Origin: Xylographa opegraphella
Taxonomy: Eukaryota
Direction of reading: 5' to 3'
NCBI GenBank assembly: GCA_022813865.1
Contig: JALDZX010000007.1
Coordinates: forward strand, 434,001 to 498,000
DNA: 64,000 nt
Below, piece after piece: positions 33,827 through 46,504 of the stretch (position 1 is its first letter; the number at the start of each line of letters is the position of its first letter). Under the pieces are notes generated by a model. It ran no database searches, was not told the origin of the DNA, and was given only the letters and a program-made list of their open reading frames with translations. The translations under genes were made by a program, and so were the position numbers.

Positions 33827-36800
33827 ATGAACAAGCTGCCGGTCGCCTCGCGTCTCGACTCGCAAGGGACCGTGCAGGCACCAAAGAATGGTGAACTTCC
33901 AGAAGACTCTCATTATGCGCTTTCGTCCTTCTCACACCATCCCGATCACGAGTCTTCTTTGCCTCAGACATTGATCACTTCACTCGATGATGTTCACAAG
34001 TCTTCACAAGATCCTCAGACTTCTAACCCTTTCATTTCTCAAACATACGAGTCACTACATCTTCAGACAGCTTCACCCTTGCCCCGGCCTATGCACGAGT
34101 CATCGCCTCTTCTCCTGAACTCTACACCAATGTCTCTATCCAAGACTGCAAGTGTTGACGAGGCTCACACTGCTCCCGAGGTTAAAACAGGCACTATCAA
34201 GCAAATATCCTCCCCCGGCAAGCCCAAGTACGATCCGAAGCAACTCCTCAACCCGAGACTCTTCGAAAATGTCAAAAGTCAGAAACGAGTCGGCCCGGAC
34301 TTCGCCACAGTACCGAGAGAGGTTATGAATCCTTTGGGACCCGCTGGAGCTGTCAACACTCAGTTCGTTTTTGATTCTCCCGGCGATAGGTCGGCTAAGC
34401 ATCTTTACGCTGAGGACGAAAGCGTGGGCATGGGTGGACTCATCGAACGTGTTCATAATGTTTCTGCCAGGGAAGAACGCCCGATCAAGAAATTAAAGAC
34501 ACAACATAACGAGGACGAGATCACTGGAACTAAGGCGGTTTTTGGCGGCAGTGGAAAGGGGGGAGACATCGGAGAATATATGAGAATGAAGAGAAAGGAA
34601 GGACAAGCCGAGGCGGTGCAACCCTTCAGTATTGTAGATCTGACAACAGGTGAGTTTTGAAATGACGACGTAGTAGCGTATACTGACTCTCCATCTTAGA
34701 CAACGACGACGATGTTACTGCCGTGGAGAACATGAACGATAGAGAAGTCTGCTATGGTCGTATTGATAACGCTAAAGTGCAAGCCCACATGGTCCCAACC
34801 CCTAATCCCAAGGCGACATACCTAAGCAAGACTGACTGGCCATCGATTAAACTTCATCTTCAAAGATATCCTGGCAAGAACATGATCATACGCGTCATGG
34901 ATCCAGCTGGAAAGGACTTTGGCAACATCGACGTCCGCACTTCCCTCGGGTTATCGCCAGTGATGGACTCCCACTTCTCCAATGTTCGAATCCAGGCGCG
35001 TCTCGACCCGAGAAAGAAAAAGCCCAATGAGTTTCCCGGCCAATTCTGCTCGGAATACTACAATGCGACAATCAATCTGTACGGACCACGCAGCACCGCA
35101 ATCGGCATTGGTAGATTCTTGAGCCAAAAGCAAGTCTTCCTCCGAGCCCCATTCGGTGTAGATAAAGGCATAGAAGTCTTGAATCCACATGTCATCAAGA
35201 ATCCAGTTCTTCAGCTCCCAACGCTTAATGGGTCTACTGGTGGTGCCACATCTACCGGGTACGCCACCAGAACTGTCGAAGAAATTCGTAACGATGTTGT
35301 GGGAATGTTCGACTCTCTTGAAAAGTCTGAGAATTTACCTGAGATGGAGCCTGACAGTCGGATTACCACTCCGCTTCTAAGTCATCAAAAGCAGGGTCTT
35401 CACTTCATGACAAGCAAAGAACAGGCGAGAGTGTTTGCCGATAAAGAAGAGGACAACAACTCCTTGTGGCGACTGCAACGAAGGGCGAACGGCCAGCCAA
35501 TCTACGTCAATGTTATTACGGGACGAGAAGAGCGGTCCCGACCTCCCGAAGTCCTTGGCGGTATCCTAGCGGATATGATGGGCCTTGGAAAAACGCTAAG
35601 TATTCTTTCATTGATCGTGGGTAGTTTAGATGCCGCTTCTACCTGGGCAGAACAGCTACCGCAACCTGTAGCAAACCAGGGAGGGATTGCACTCAAACGT
35701 AACGCAAAGACAACTTTACTTGTCGCACCTTTGAGTGTAGTAGCGAATTGGGAAGAGCAGATTATCGCTCATATACAACCCGGAACATTGTCATGCTACA
35801 TCTATCACGGAAATAGTCGGTGTCAGGACATTGACGAGTTGGCGAAATACGACGTTGTCATTACCACATACAGCATTGTCTCAAGCGAGTTCAACGGACG
35901 TAGTAAGAAGCGAGATGGCAGTCCACTTCTCCAAACGAATTTCTTTCGTATTGTCTTGGATGAAGCACATATGATCCGAGAACAATCAACCAGGCAATTC
36001 CAAGCGATCTGCACACTCGCTGCACAAAGGCGCTGGGCCGTGACTGGGACTCCGGTGCAGAACCGTCTGGACGACCTCGGAGCCCTGATCAAGTTCCTAC
36101 GGTTCAAACCATTTGACGAGAAAGGTGGCTTCACCCAGTTTATTTTGGCACCATTCAAAAATGCCGATCCTGAAATCCTTCCGAAACTCCGTTTGTTGGT
36201 TGACAGTATCACCCTGCGGCGGCTGAAAGACAGGATTGACCTACCTAAACGTCATGACCGCGTCGTCAGGCTACAGTTCAGCAAGGATGAACGAGAATTA
36301 TATGAGTGGTTCGCTAAAGACTCAGACAATAGAATGAGAATCATTGCAGGTCAGAAGAAGGGCTTGGGCGGTAAAACATATGTGCACGTACTACAAGCAA
36401 TTCTCAGGCTTCGGCTTATCTGTGCCCATGGCAAAGAACTACTAAGTGAAGACGACTTGAAGTTGACCGAAGGCTTCAGCTCAACCAATGCTATCGATCT
36501 GGACGACGAGGATGATGGAAAGCCACTTATAAGCAAACGTCAAGCCTATGAGATGCTGATGCTGTTCAAAGAGACGGATTCTGATACATGCTCGCAGTGC
36601 TTGCGTCGAATCGGAACTCGAGATTCTAACCTTGAAGATGCCAAAGACGAAGTCATTGGTTGCATGCTCCCATGCTTCCAGATTGTCTGCAATGACTGCA
36701 TCGGCGAAGTCAAGAAAACAATCAACGAAAAGGTTAGAGATAATCATTTTACTTGTCCATTTTGCGAACAATACCTTCGCATATCTTATTTCGACTTGAC

Positions 36801-37437
36801 GCAGGGAGGTATTGAGGATGCCGAAGAGGCAAAGATCATGGCGCGGGAAAACCCAAGGCAGGCTAAGATAATGGGCAGATACGGTGGGCCACATACCAAG
36901 ACAACAGCACTGATGGAAGGCCTGCTAGATTCGAAAGTCGAGAGTTTGGAGAACCCAAATGATCCACCAGTCAAGAGTGTAGTATTCTCTGGATGGACTG
37001 CTCACCTGGACTTGATTCAAATTGCTTTGGAGGACAACGGCATTCAGTATGTTCGTCTGGATGGCAAAATGAGTCGAGTTCAACGTTCTGCTTCCTTGGA
37101 AGTATTCCGCACAGATCCAGAGATAGCCGTTATCCTTGTGTCCATCAGTGCTGGTGGCTTGGGGCTGAACCTTACAACTGCATCAAAAGTCTACGTAATG
37201 GAACCTCAATTCAACCCTGCAGCGGAGGCACAAGCAATCGACCGCGTACACCGCCTTGGTCAGAAGCGCGAAGTCACGACGACACGATTCATCATGCACG
37301 ACAGTTTCGAGGAGAAGATGCTAGTGTTGCAGCAGAAGAAGAACAACTTAGCTAGCATGAGCATGAATCGTGGAAAGCTTGACAAAGCAGAGGTCGCGAA
37401 ACAGAAGCTTGAAGAATTGCGCAGTCTCTTCAAGTAG
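33827..37437 (+). CDS. RAD5/HLTF(SMARCA3)-like SNF2 ATPase with internal RING finger (intron 34650-34699)
   Basis: HIRAN-like N-terminal region, GGILADMMGLGKT, RIVLDEAH, TGTPVQN, RING (CSQC...CFQIVCNDC...CPFC) and GGLGLNLT...MEPQFNPAAEAQAIDRVHRLGQ. Confidence 0.93.
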
Positions 37438-37865
37438 TCGCAACGGCCATTCAAAGAATTTTGATCAACTGCCACTGGTAGTGGCTATCGGGCGACTTTA
37501 TCGTCAGGATTTCTCGCTGTTTTTAACCCGAGCAGGTATTTATGTTCGGACACTTGTTTGACCTTCGAAATGATGAGCTACCCACGGATTTATGTGGTGT
37601 TACGGGCACCAGGCGACCATTGTTGCCTTGATGATTTGTTAATAGACACGGGTGGCTTTCTTTTCTGGCTTTCGCCCTTGGGGCTGATCTTGAGCTTCGC
37701 AAATTGTGCTCCAAGCTCAATATCGCGCTCTCTGCAGCCATAGCTCCTCACCTACCGAATAACATGAGCTACAATCGTATCTCATTTCCCAAGCTTGCTC
37801 GATATGTGACTGACGAGCAGTATTCGCGGTAACCTTCCAATCCTTTTGCTCCATTGGTAGAAAGA

Positions 37866-37933
37866 CCTCCCCAACAACGTCCTCCCCAACAACGTCCTCC
37901 CCAACAACGTCCTCCCCAACAACGTCCTCCCCA
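37866..37933. repeat. Perfect 15-bp tandem repeat (CCTCCCCAACAACGT) x4.5 just 3' of MED21
   Basis: Read directly from the sequence. It lies about 30 bp past the MED21 stop, so it is probably in the 3' UTR. Confidence 0.95.
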
Positions 37934-37964
37934 CGTTGAAACCCAACCCCCCCCCCTTCTGCCC

Positions 37965-38484
37965 TCACACCCTCCTCACCGCCCCAATCACCTCCTCCAC
38001 CCTCCTCAGCAACCCCTCCTTCTCCCTCACCACCTCCGCCCTCTCCTCCTCCATCCGGCCCAACTCCCCCTCCAGCCCGCGTATCCGGCTCAACTGCTCC
38101 TCCTCGTTCTTCTCGATCCCAGGCAGCGTCCCGATCAGCGCCTCGATCTGCTTCTGCTTCAGCACCAGATCGCGCGCCAGCTCGCGCGTCGCGTCCGCGA
38201 ACGTGTCCGGCGTGTCGGGGCGCTGGCCCGGCGAGCCCGGCACTTCTTCGTGCGGCGTGTTGGTGATGGCCGTGCTGGCCTCGGGGCCGGGTGCGCCCGA
38301 GGGGGAGCTGGGTCGTGGGTGGAAGGGGAGTGGGTGGTGCGTGGTTATGTAGCGGAGGGAGGCGTAGAATTGTGTTGCGAGCTGGGGTGGGGTGGGGGCA
38401 TTAGTGGGATTGGGGAGGGGAGGGAGCGGGGGGGAGGTGGACCTGGTCGAGGCAGTCGCTGAGTTGGGTGAGGCGGTCGGCCAT
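37965..38484 (-). CDS. MED21: Mediator subunit Med21/Srb7 (2 exons)
   Basis: MADRLTQLSDCLDQ|LATQFYASLRYI...FADATRELARDLVLKQKQIEALIGTLPGIEKNEEEQ. Confidence 0.95.
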
Positions 38485-38858
38485 GAGGGGCGTTGTGGGG
38501 AGATGGATGAGGGAGGAAGGGGGTGTTTGGCGCAGAGCCGCTTGGTTCGTGGAGGCTGGGCGCTGTGCTGGTTTCTGACCTTGGGGGAATGAGAGCTTGC
38601 TATTGTGGAGGTGATGCCAAGCTTGCGGCTATTGGCGGCTACACCTGATAAGGCTGAGGACCCTGAGCCGTCATTGTTTACTTTGCTCAATCAACATTGG
38701 CTTTGCGAGGAGCACATAAAAAGTGCAAGTGAGCTGCAAAGAGCTTTCATGACTTTGCACTTGAAGATTACAGTGTATATTGTACCACAATAATCTTTCA
38801 CAAGTACGGTACCTGCGAATCTGTCTGCGTCTGGAAGCTCCGTTCCGCATACTTCACG

Positions 38859-39609
38859 ATGCTGCTCGACGAGGATCCCGCTACAGTACGCACCACTGCA
38901 ATGGGACGTCGTGTGGGCTATGTATACTGACGATCGTAGCTGATCCACCATACGATAGGCAACTTCAACATCCATCCCGACAAAAGTGCGGTGCTGCGCA
39001 TCAACGAGTCTCTTTCGACGCTGCAACAGGCGCGCGAGCTACGGATCAAGGAGGTTGAATCCGTCTTAAAGAGTGCGGACCATTCATTATCCATTCTGCA
39101 AGCTTCTGATATGTAGCCAGAACTGTCGCGCAATCTACAGACACTTACCAGTCAACACTCCGAGACGATATCCAGCCATTCAAGCACCTCCCACGCTTCG
39201 CAGATCGTGGAGCTTGACACCCAGAAGTTTCGGATAGCGAAAGCTGCTTCAGATTTGGAGATCGAGGGCGAGAAGCTGCAAACAGAATTGGAGTTCGCAA
39301 AAGCGCAATTGCGCGAGTTGGAGATACAAGGGGTGCAGGGCAATGAGATGGAGAGGAGCCGGAGAGAGAGCGAAGATCCTGTGGTGTGAGTACTTAGCGT
39401 GCCCATTTTATGGTGACCAATACTGACGAGTGGGAAGGTTGAAACTGAAGGTCTACCGGTCACTGGGGATCGATACGGAACCAGATGCGGCGGGTAACTA
39501 TACGAAGGCGGTGATTCGAAACCGGCAGAAGGGGGACGTTCATGTTGTGAATATCGAGCCGAAGTTCTCGAGATTTTTCTATGCCGACTACTTTTGGCGA
39601 GGGTTGTGA
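38859..39609 (+). CDS. SPC24: Kinetochore NDC80 complex subunit Spc24 (4 exons)
   Basis: [24 protein letters not shown]...|KLSRNLQTL...[23 protein letters not shown]...|[11 protein letters not shown]...[21 protein letters not shown]. Confidence 0.92.
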
Positions 39610-39772
39610 TGCTGGAGCTTTTGACATTCAAATATCGTGGAATTTTTGGAGTTTGGGGCGTACGACGAACATATGTTTAGATTGGGTTGTTGTCAAACAA
39701 TGCAAACACGGAAGCAATTTGCTCGGAGGGCTTCCTAGCCATAGAACATAACCAAGCCCCCACACTCTTTAC

Positions 39773-40537
39773 ATGCACTCCTCGCTCCGCGCCTCTCCAC
39801 GTCGTTTGTTTTCATCTAGCTATACGGTAAGCGTGGGACGTAAGTCCATAGCAGATATCGCTGCTCCAGCGGCACTTACGACCAAGAATCGCCGCCTTCC
39901 ACGGCAAGCATCAGTCGCTTCTCTGCCACCTTCCAGCCAACATGATTCTCTAGAAAGCTTTCTTGCCTATGCCCAAGATACGAAGCTATCCACATCTTCT
40001 ACAACCTACGTGGGTACTTATTATGAGTACCTGTGCGCCCTTTCTCTCCGCCGCCTAGGTTTCAACCTCACACGGACCGGAGGTCGTGCGGATGCCGGCA
40101 TCGACCTGCTCGGCTCATGGCAGCTCCCAGACTCATCCCATCCACTGCGATGTATCGTTCAATGCAAAAAACTGAAGGCTAAAGCTGGGCCCAACCTCGT
40201 CCGCGAACTCGAAGGAGCATTCGCAGGTACCCCAGCCGGATGGAGAGGCGGAGACGTGGTCGGCGTTCTTTGTGCAGGCCGAGAGGCTACGAAGGGCGTG
40301 AGGGAAGCTATCCGAAATGCAAGGCGAGGGCTTGTCTGGTGCCAGATTGAGGATATGGGGGAGGGCGTGGGCAGGGTTAGGCAGATGCTTTGGAACCAGA
40401 GAGTCGGCGCGCTGGGGGCGGAGGGGGTGAGTGTAGGCGTTAGGCATACGCTTGTGGCTGGGGATGTGGGAGAACGAGGTTGTCATGATGAGGTGGTGCT
40501 GATGTGGAAAGGGGAGGTGTGGAAGCCTAATGAATAG
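39773..40537 (+). CDS. RRG7: Rrg7/DUF2034 family mitochondrial protein (PD-(D/E)xK-like)
   Basis: Arg/Ser-rich mitochondrial-type presequence, then STTYVGTYYEY, TGGRADAGIDLLGSW, IVQCK and GPNLVRELEGAF. Confidence 0.85.
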   Translation: MHSSLRASPRRLFSSSYTVSVGRKSIADIAAPAALTTKNRRLPRQASVASLPPSSQHDSLESFLAYAQDTKLSTSSTTYVGTYYEYLCALSLRRLGFNLTRTGGRADAGIDLLGSWQLPDSSHPLRCIVQCKKLKAKAGPNLVRELEGAFAGTPAGWRGGDVVGVLCAGREATKGVREAIRNARRGLVWCQIEDMGEGVGRVRQMLWNQRVGALGAEGVSVGVRHTLVAGDVGERGCHDEVVLMWKGEVWKPNE

Positions 40538-40862
40538 CAACGGGATGGGTTTGACAACGGGATGCTCTGCCTCCTGGCATTTAAGGTTCCGGCATTAGAT
40601 GTACCTACAGTCTCAATTCAAAGAGACTGAGACTGATTGCTACGTTACAATGTGTAGTTTGCAAAAGTAAATCTACTCTTACTCCTCGGGTACCGTAGTT
40701 ATTCAGCTGATTGCTGTCCCAGGCAGCCTCAGAGTCCTTTTAAGGTCAAAAGTTACCCGGCGATGGTTAACCTTGTCGGATCACGTGCCTAGTGGCGGAG
40801 CTCAACTCCATCATCTCATCGCTCCTCGCGCTCAACGACAGTTGCGAAATAACCTACCCAGT

Positions 40863-42466
40863 ATGGGTGCTCTATTATCTCTTCCGCTTCTGGCATTGCC
40901 CAGTGTCGGTACAGTAAGAAATTCTGGAATAGGACTCCTAAATCCACGGCTCGCTAAACCTCAATAGTTGGTAACATTTGGTGCCTCGTGCTGTGGAGCT
41001 GCAACATGCTCTGCAGTATGCAGTGCCTGCGGCAAGTTCCAAAGCAGGTCCGGTGTCCATATTATCCTTATGCCGTTTGCTTCGCTGACTGTTCTGTAGC
41101 ATGGCCACTCGTATAGCCTACGCGTTCATCCTACTCATCAACTCCATCTTCTCGTGGTTGATGCTTACCCCATGGGCGCTATCGAAGCTTGAGCACCTGA
41201 CACTCGATTATATGAAGATCAAATGTCAGGGGGAAGCCTGCACTGGATATGTTGCAGTTCAGCGCATAAACTTTGCCCTCGGTCTATTTCACTTCATCAT
41301 GGCCTTACTCTTGCTTGGGGTCAAGTCTTCCAAGGACGGCAGAGCTGGCCTTCAGAACGGGTATTGGGGTCCTAAGGTCATAGTATGGCTGGGGTTTATC
41401 GTCCTGACATTCCTGATCCCGGAGAGCTTCTTTCAAGTCTGGGGTCGATACTTTGCCTTTATTGGGGCCATGCTTTTCGTCCTGCTTGGTCTGATACTCT
41501 TAGTGGATCTGGCTCATACCTACGCCGAATTCTGTCTCGAGAAGATTGAAAACTACGACTCAAAGGCTTGGCGGGTCCTTCTTATTGGTTCGACTCTGGG
41601 AATGTACACGGCATCTTTTGCCATGACGATACTGATGTACATTTTCTTCGCGGGCCATAACTGCTCTATGAATCAGGCTGCCATCACGGTATGAACTTGA
41701 TGTCTGACCTTACTTAGATGATCGCTGACATGATCAGGTCAACCTGATCGTACTCCTGATCATTTCCTTCCTCTCGGTGCATCCCGCTGTCCAGGAATCT
41801 AATCCTAAGGCTGGACTTGCGCAGTCGGCGATGGTCGCCATTTACTGCACGTACCTAACAATGTCGGCTGTCTCTATGGAACCGGATGATAAGCAGTGCA
41901 ACCCATTAGTACGAGCGAATGGTGCTCGAACCGCTTCCATTGTTCTTGGTGCCATCGTTACGATGCTCACCATAGCCTACACCACAACTCGGGCAGCAAC
42001 GCAAGGCTTCGCACTCGGAACATCAGGAGGTCATGCATATGCGAAACTGGGAGAGGAGGAAGTGGAGCACGGCATGATCGACCAACAGCCAATGTCTGCC
42101 CGGCGGGAAATGCGGGCCGAAGCCCTCCGCGCCGCAGTGGAAGCAGGAAGTCTACCTGCGAGTGCTCTCAACGACGACGACGACGACGAGTCGGACGATG
42201 GCCGGAACGGCAAGGATGATGAAAAAGGAGGGACGCAGTACAATTACTCCCTTTTTCATGTCATTTTCTTGCTGGCAACATGTTGGGTAGCGACCCTGTT
42301 GACGCAACAAATCAACGACATCGAAATGACGGATCCGAACTTCGCACCTGTCGGAAGAAGCTACTGGGCTAGTTGGGTCAAGATCGTGAGTGCATGGGTC
42401 TGTTATGTGATTTATGGATGGAGCTTGGTTGCACCAGTCGTGCTCCCTGATCGGTTCGGTGCTTGA
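40863..42466 (+). CDS. TMS1: Serine incorporator (Serinc/Tms1) membrane protein (4 exons)
   Basis: MGALLSLPLL...ASCCGAATCSAVCSACGKFQS|SMATRIAYA, LQNGYWGPK, YCTYLTMSAVSMEP, QYNYSLFHVIFLLA and WSLVAPVVLPDRF. Confidence 0.95.
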
Positions 42467-42882
42467 GTGGTCTTGCGGCATTCGCTCTGGAGTTGTATAT
42501 CAGGATCTTTGTTCATTAGCAGGAACGGAATCTCATCGATTTGATCAGCTGTGCACCAACAGATGCACCCATGTGACGGGTCTCATGCTCCTATTTCAGC
42601 TGTTCTTTCACCTCCAAGTTAGTAGCACACGTAGGGTCGCCGGAAAGCCTCCTCAAGGCTACTCGATAATATTTACTCCGAGATTTACGACACTGAATTA
42701 GGGTGTGACCGCAACCTCCAACCCCCTGGTCAATCGTTGCCACTCGTGCTTGGAGGGGTGCTGTCCCGAGCGGCCAACTGTATTTCCGAGGTTTCATCAC
42801 CCCGGTGTATAGTATCCTAGCAATCACGTAACTCATGTAATACCACTCAGTACAGATCCACGATACCAAACTATCTATCATT

Positions 42883-43531
42883 ATGGGAGAGAATTTGCCT
42901 TGTAAGCCATCTGCGTTGTGGAGTTGTCTATAGCACTTCGGATTGTCAAAATTGCTGACACGTCTCTCTGGCTGGCAGATGCTGCAGATGCGGAAAGGCA
43001 AGCCTCGACAACACACACACCACCGATGAATATGTAGTAACAGTCACCTGTATAGTCCTCTGAAGCCCGAAGAGCTCCAGGTCCTCCGTGAGCAGTACGA
43101 GAAGGAAGGCGACTTCGTTGGTGTGCAGACCAAGTTCAACTACGCATGGGTACGAGTCTCTTGACGGACCTACAGCGGACGTTCGCTCACCTTCTCCCTA
43201 GGGCCTGATCAAGTCGAACAATCGAGGCGAACAACAGGAGGGGGTACGCCTGCTGTCGGAGATCTACAGAAACGCCCCAGAGCGCAGACGGGAGTGCCTA
43301 TACTACCTGGCGCTGGGTAACTTCAAGCTGGGGAACTACGCAGAGGCGAGGAGATACAACGAGTCTCTACTGCAGCATGAGCCGGCCAACATGCAAGCCG
43401 CGAGTCTGCAAGGCCTGATTGACGACAAGGTCGCGAAGGAGGGCCTGGTGGGCGTGGCGATTGTCAGTGGGGTGGCGATTGCGGCTGGCGTGATTGGGAG
43501 TCTGATATTCAAGGGGGCCAGGCGGCGGTAG
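42883..43531 (+). CDS. FIS1: Mitochondrial fission protein Fis1 (4 exons; not in ORF track)
   Basis: [50 protein letters not shown]...[18 protein letters not shown]...[34 protein letters not shown] (TPR domain plus tail anchor). Confidence 0.96.
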
Positions 43532-44400
43532 GACGGCGAAGAGGGGAATTTTTCTTGACCGAGAGTAAAAACGTGGAAGGAGTGCTCCTTGTAACGTGTA
43601 GTATTCATTCGGCTGGGTCTGTTAGGAAGGCACCCTGAACTGTGGAGTTATTGGTACAAAGTGCTGTAGGAATGCTTTTAAGTCCAGATAATCCAATCCG
43701 TGCCTTTGATAGAGAAATCCAGATAGCTTCAATATACTATTTCGCAGATCGTCTTTATCGTGGTAGAATTGGTCCGCAGGGTTTGGCAGGAGAGAAAGTG
43801 AAGGAAGTCCGCAGAAGACGTGTTTGATGACACGCTTTCGGTGTTTGCGTGGCTCTTGCTTCACTGGCCCCAGTACTCCGTATATACATAGCGACGTCGC
43901 AGAGAGCGCTCTCTACCATCAACATTCACTACTTACAGCCGTTGATTCTGTGATCGAACGAGATTGTGGTAAAGCACGTGAATGCGCTGAGTGGTGTATG
44001 ACAGGGATTCGATTGGGCAACGTCATTTGACAGCTCCCTCAACGAGATCACTGTGCAACTGGACTGATTCATCGCCATCTCGCGCCTCATCCGCCATCTA
44101 CACAGACATTCACGCAGTGCAGCCTGCCTCATCCGCTCCGGTATCTGTACACAACTACATCATTTCCTCACACTCGATACACGCGAATCTGCCTGTTCTG
44201 TAACCTTGAACACTCCTGCATAAGCATCATTCCGAGCGCCCACCAAGGCAGACAACTAAGAAACCGCGCCACTCCCGCTGTTCCTCTGCGCTGAACGGCT
44301 GCGGGCGTTGCTGGACTACGACTGCCGCTGAGATCGTGTCCAGGCTCATAAAACAAAGAGAATATTCTTCGATCACTTCCATTTCTCGGATAAGGCCATC

Positions 44401-45838
44401 ATGGCGGATCGTGGTAGGGATCCGCGGGAACTTGTCTTTTGCCATCAGTGTGAGAACGAATGGTTCAGAGACGAGCACGGCTTAGAATGCCCTCGGTGCC
44501 ATTCGGAGATTGTTGAAATTGTAAGCGCTTTCTGACGACAATTCTACCATTCCCAAGGCTGTTGATCCACTTTCTAAATAACACCATTCTGACTCTTTAC
44601 AGATTGAGGCAGATAACGATCCACGAGATAACGAACTAAGCCAGCCGCCTCCGCCTTCTGAGCCGCCCAACCCACTGCTCACCCACAATCCCTGGGACCA
44701 AGGTGCGCCGGACCCGGATGAAGGGGACATATCTGAGGTGCAGTGGTCTGGTCCGGGAGGAATGCATTTCACGCGGATATCTGTCCGCTCGGGCCATGGG
44801 CGACGCGATGGCCCTCCTATGGAGAACTTTCCCGCACTCTTCTCCGCAATGCTCGGTGATCCACCGAATGGGGATACACGGCGAAGAGAAGGCATCCCTC
44901 CGCTCGCCGGCTCATTCCGTTCTCCGGCTGATAATGGCGGCCTACGCAGTCCGTTGCAAGAAGGTCCATCACGTCAAGGCTTCAGCACTTTCCATACCAC
45001 ACGCCTCTTTCCCCGTGACGCAAACAGCCCCCAACCACAAGGCTTACCAGTCGATGACCTCTCTGGCATACTCACAACTCTTCTCCAAGGCCTACACGGT
45101 GCAGTAGTCAATGTACCCGCAGGGGGCGCAGCTGCTCCAACGTCACCCCTTACGATTCTTCACCAGCTGCTCAATCCTGCCAATGCCCGGTCCGGCGACG
45201 CTGTTTACACACAAGAAGCACTTGACCGGGTAATAACCCAGCTCATGGAACAGCATTCCACATCTACTGCGCCGGGCCCGGCATCGGAATCCGCTATCTC
45301 CTCGTTACCGAAGGTCAAGCTGGCCGAGTCGCAGCTGGATAGTAACGGGAAGGCCGAGTGCAGTATATGCATGGATAGCTTATCGGTAGGCGATGAAGTA
45401 ACGGAGCTACCGTGCAAGCATTGGTTCCACGAAGACTGTGTGGGTGCGTGGCTACGCGAGCACGACACTTGTCCGCAATGCAGGCGGGGAATCATGCCGA
45501 AGGACGGGGACGGCCGAGCTCCAAGATCACCGGGGCAGATGCCGATGAACATGCAGACGCCATGGGGGGGAGGTTATTTTTCTGGATTGCAGAATATGAT
45601 GGCTACGGGGAGGGGCACCGCTGAGGCCGGCGACTCCGGCAGCGGAAGCCAACAGGAGCCGTATCGTGTCCGAGAGTCTCCGACCCCAGGACCTGCAGAG
45701 TCATCGTCAGGACCGAGTAGGCCGCATCCCGGCAGTCGGAGAACAAGCTCCCACAGCCAACACAGCGGGCGGACAAACGGAGGGGGTATCTCTGGGTGGA
45801 TGGGACGGCACTTTGGTAACGGTAGCGGTAGTCGCTGA
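44401..45838 (+). CDS. RING-H2 E3 ubiquitin ligase, RNF126/RNF115-like (intron 44521-44602)
   Basis: N-terminal Zn finger FCHQC...CPRCHSEIVEI, then GDAVYTQEALDRVITQLME and RING-H2 CSIC...LPCKHWFHEDCVGAWLREHDTCPQCR. Confidence 0.93.
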
Positions 45839-46245
45839 AGTCCTCGTCGCGGACGATTCCTTGTCGATATTACATAACGGAGGTGGCTCACACATGCGCG
45901 AGCAGTCAGTGCGCTGATCTTTTGCTGGCCTGGCGAGGGGCCTTGTCTCGGACTCCCGGTAACAGCAGATGTTTACATATACCCATCAGCGTAAGAGCGT
46001 TGGATACCTGACAGGCTCCTCAGACAATGTCAAGCGCTATGTTCACGCGTCTACCCTATAAAGAACACACAGGCCAGACGCACAGCTTGCCTTACGGTAG
46101 CGCTACGCGTAATGTACGGCTCAACCAACCCAGGACCAGCTCCTTTGCCAAAACCGTTGCCGCCACTCATCGTTTTGAAGAAATTGATGATCTGTGCGTG
46201 GTGACAGGTTGCTCATCGCTGTACGGCTGGCTTTGGGCCACGGGG

Positions 46246-46265
46246 TCTAGTCTAGTCTAGTCTAG
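46246..46265. repeat. (TCTAG)4 microsatellite
   Basis: TCTAGTCTAGTCTAGTCTAG downstream of the RING gene. Confidence 0.85.
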
Positions 46266-46504
46266 CTTTAGGTAGAATCAATCACGAATTTTTTGGTTTG
46301 CAGTGTATAATGAATGACATATGAGGAACTTGGATGCTGCGTCCCGGAATTCCTGCTCGGGGAGGAAAGCGCTGCACGACGACTTTGTATTCGGGATCAG
46401 ATGTGAGGAACTAGAATCTGTGCGATGTGAAGACGTATTTCATTGAAGACCACCTACCAGACTACTGAATAAATCATCCTACATCCAGCCACCACCACTT
46501 TTCA

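Noticed and set aside
37854..38462. + strand ORF with (RPPQQ)n repeats
   Set aside because: A translation of the 15-bp VNTR running antisense to MED21.
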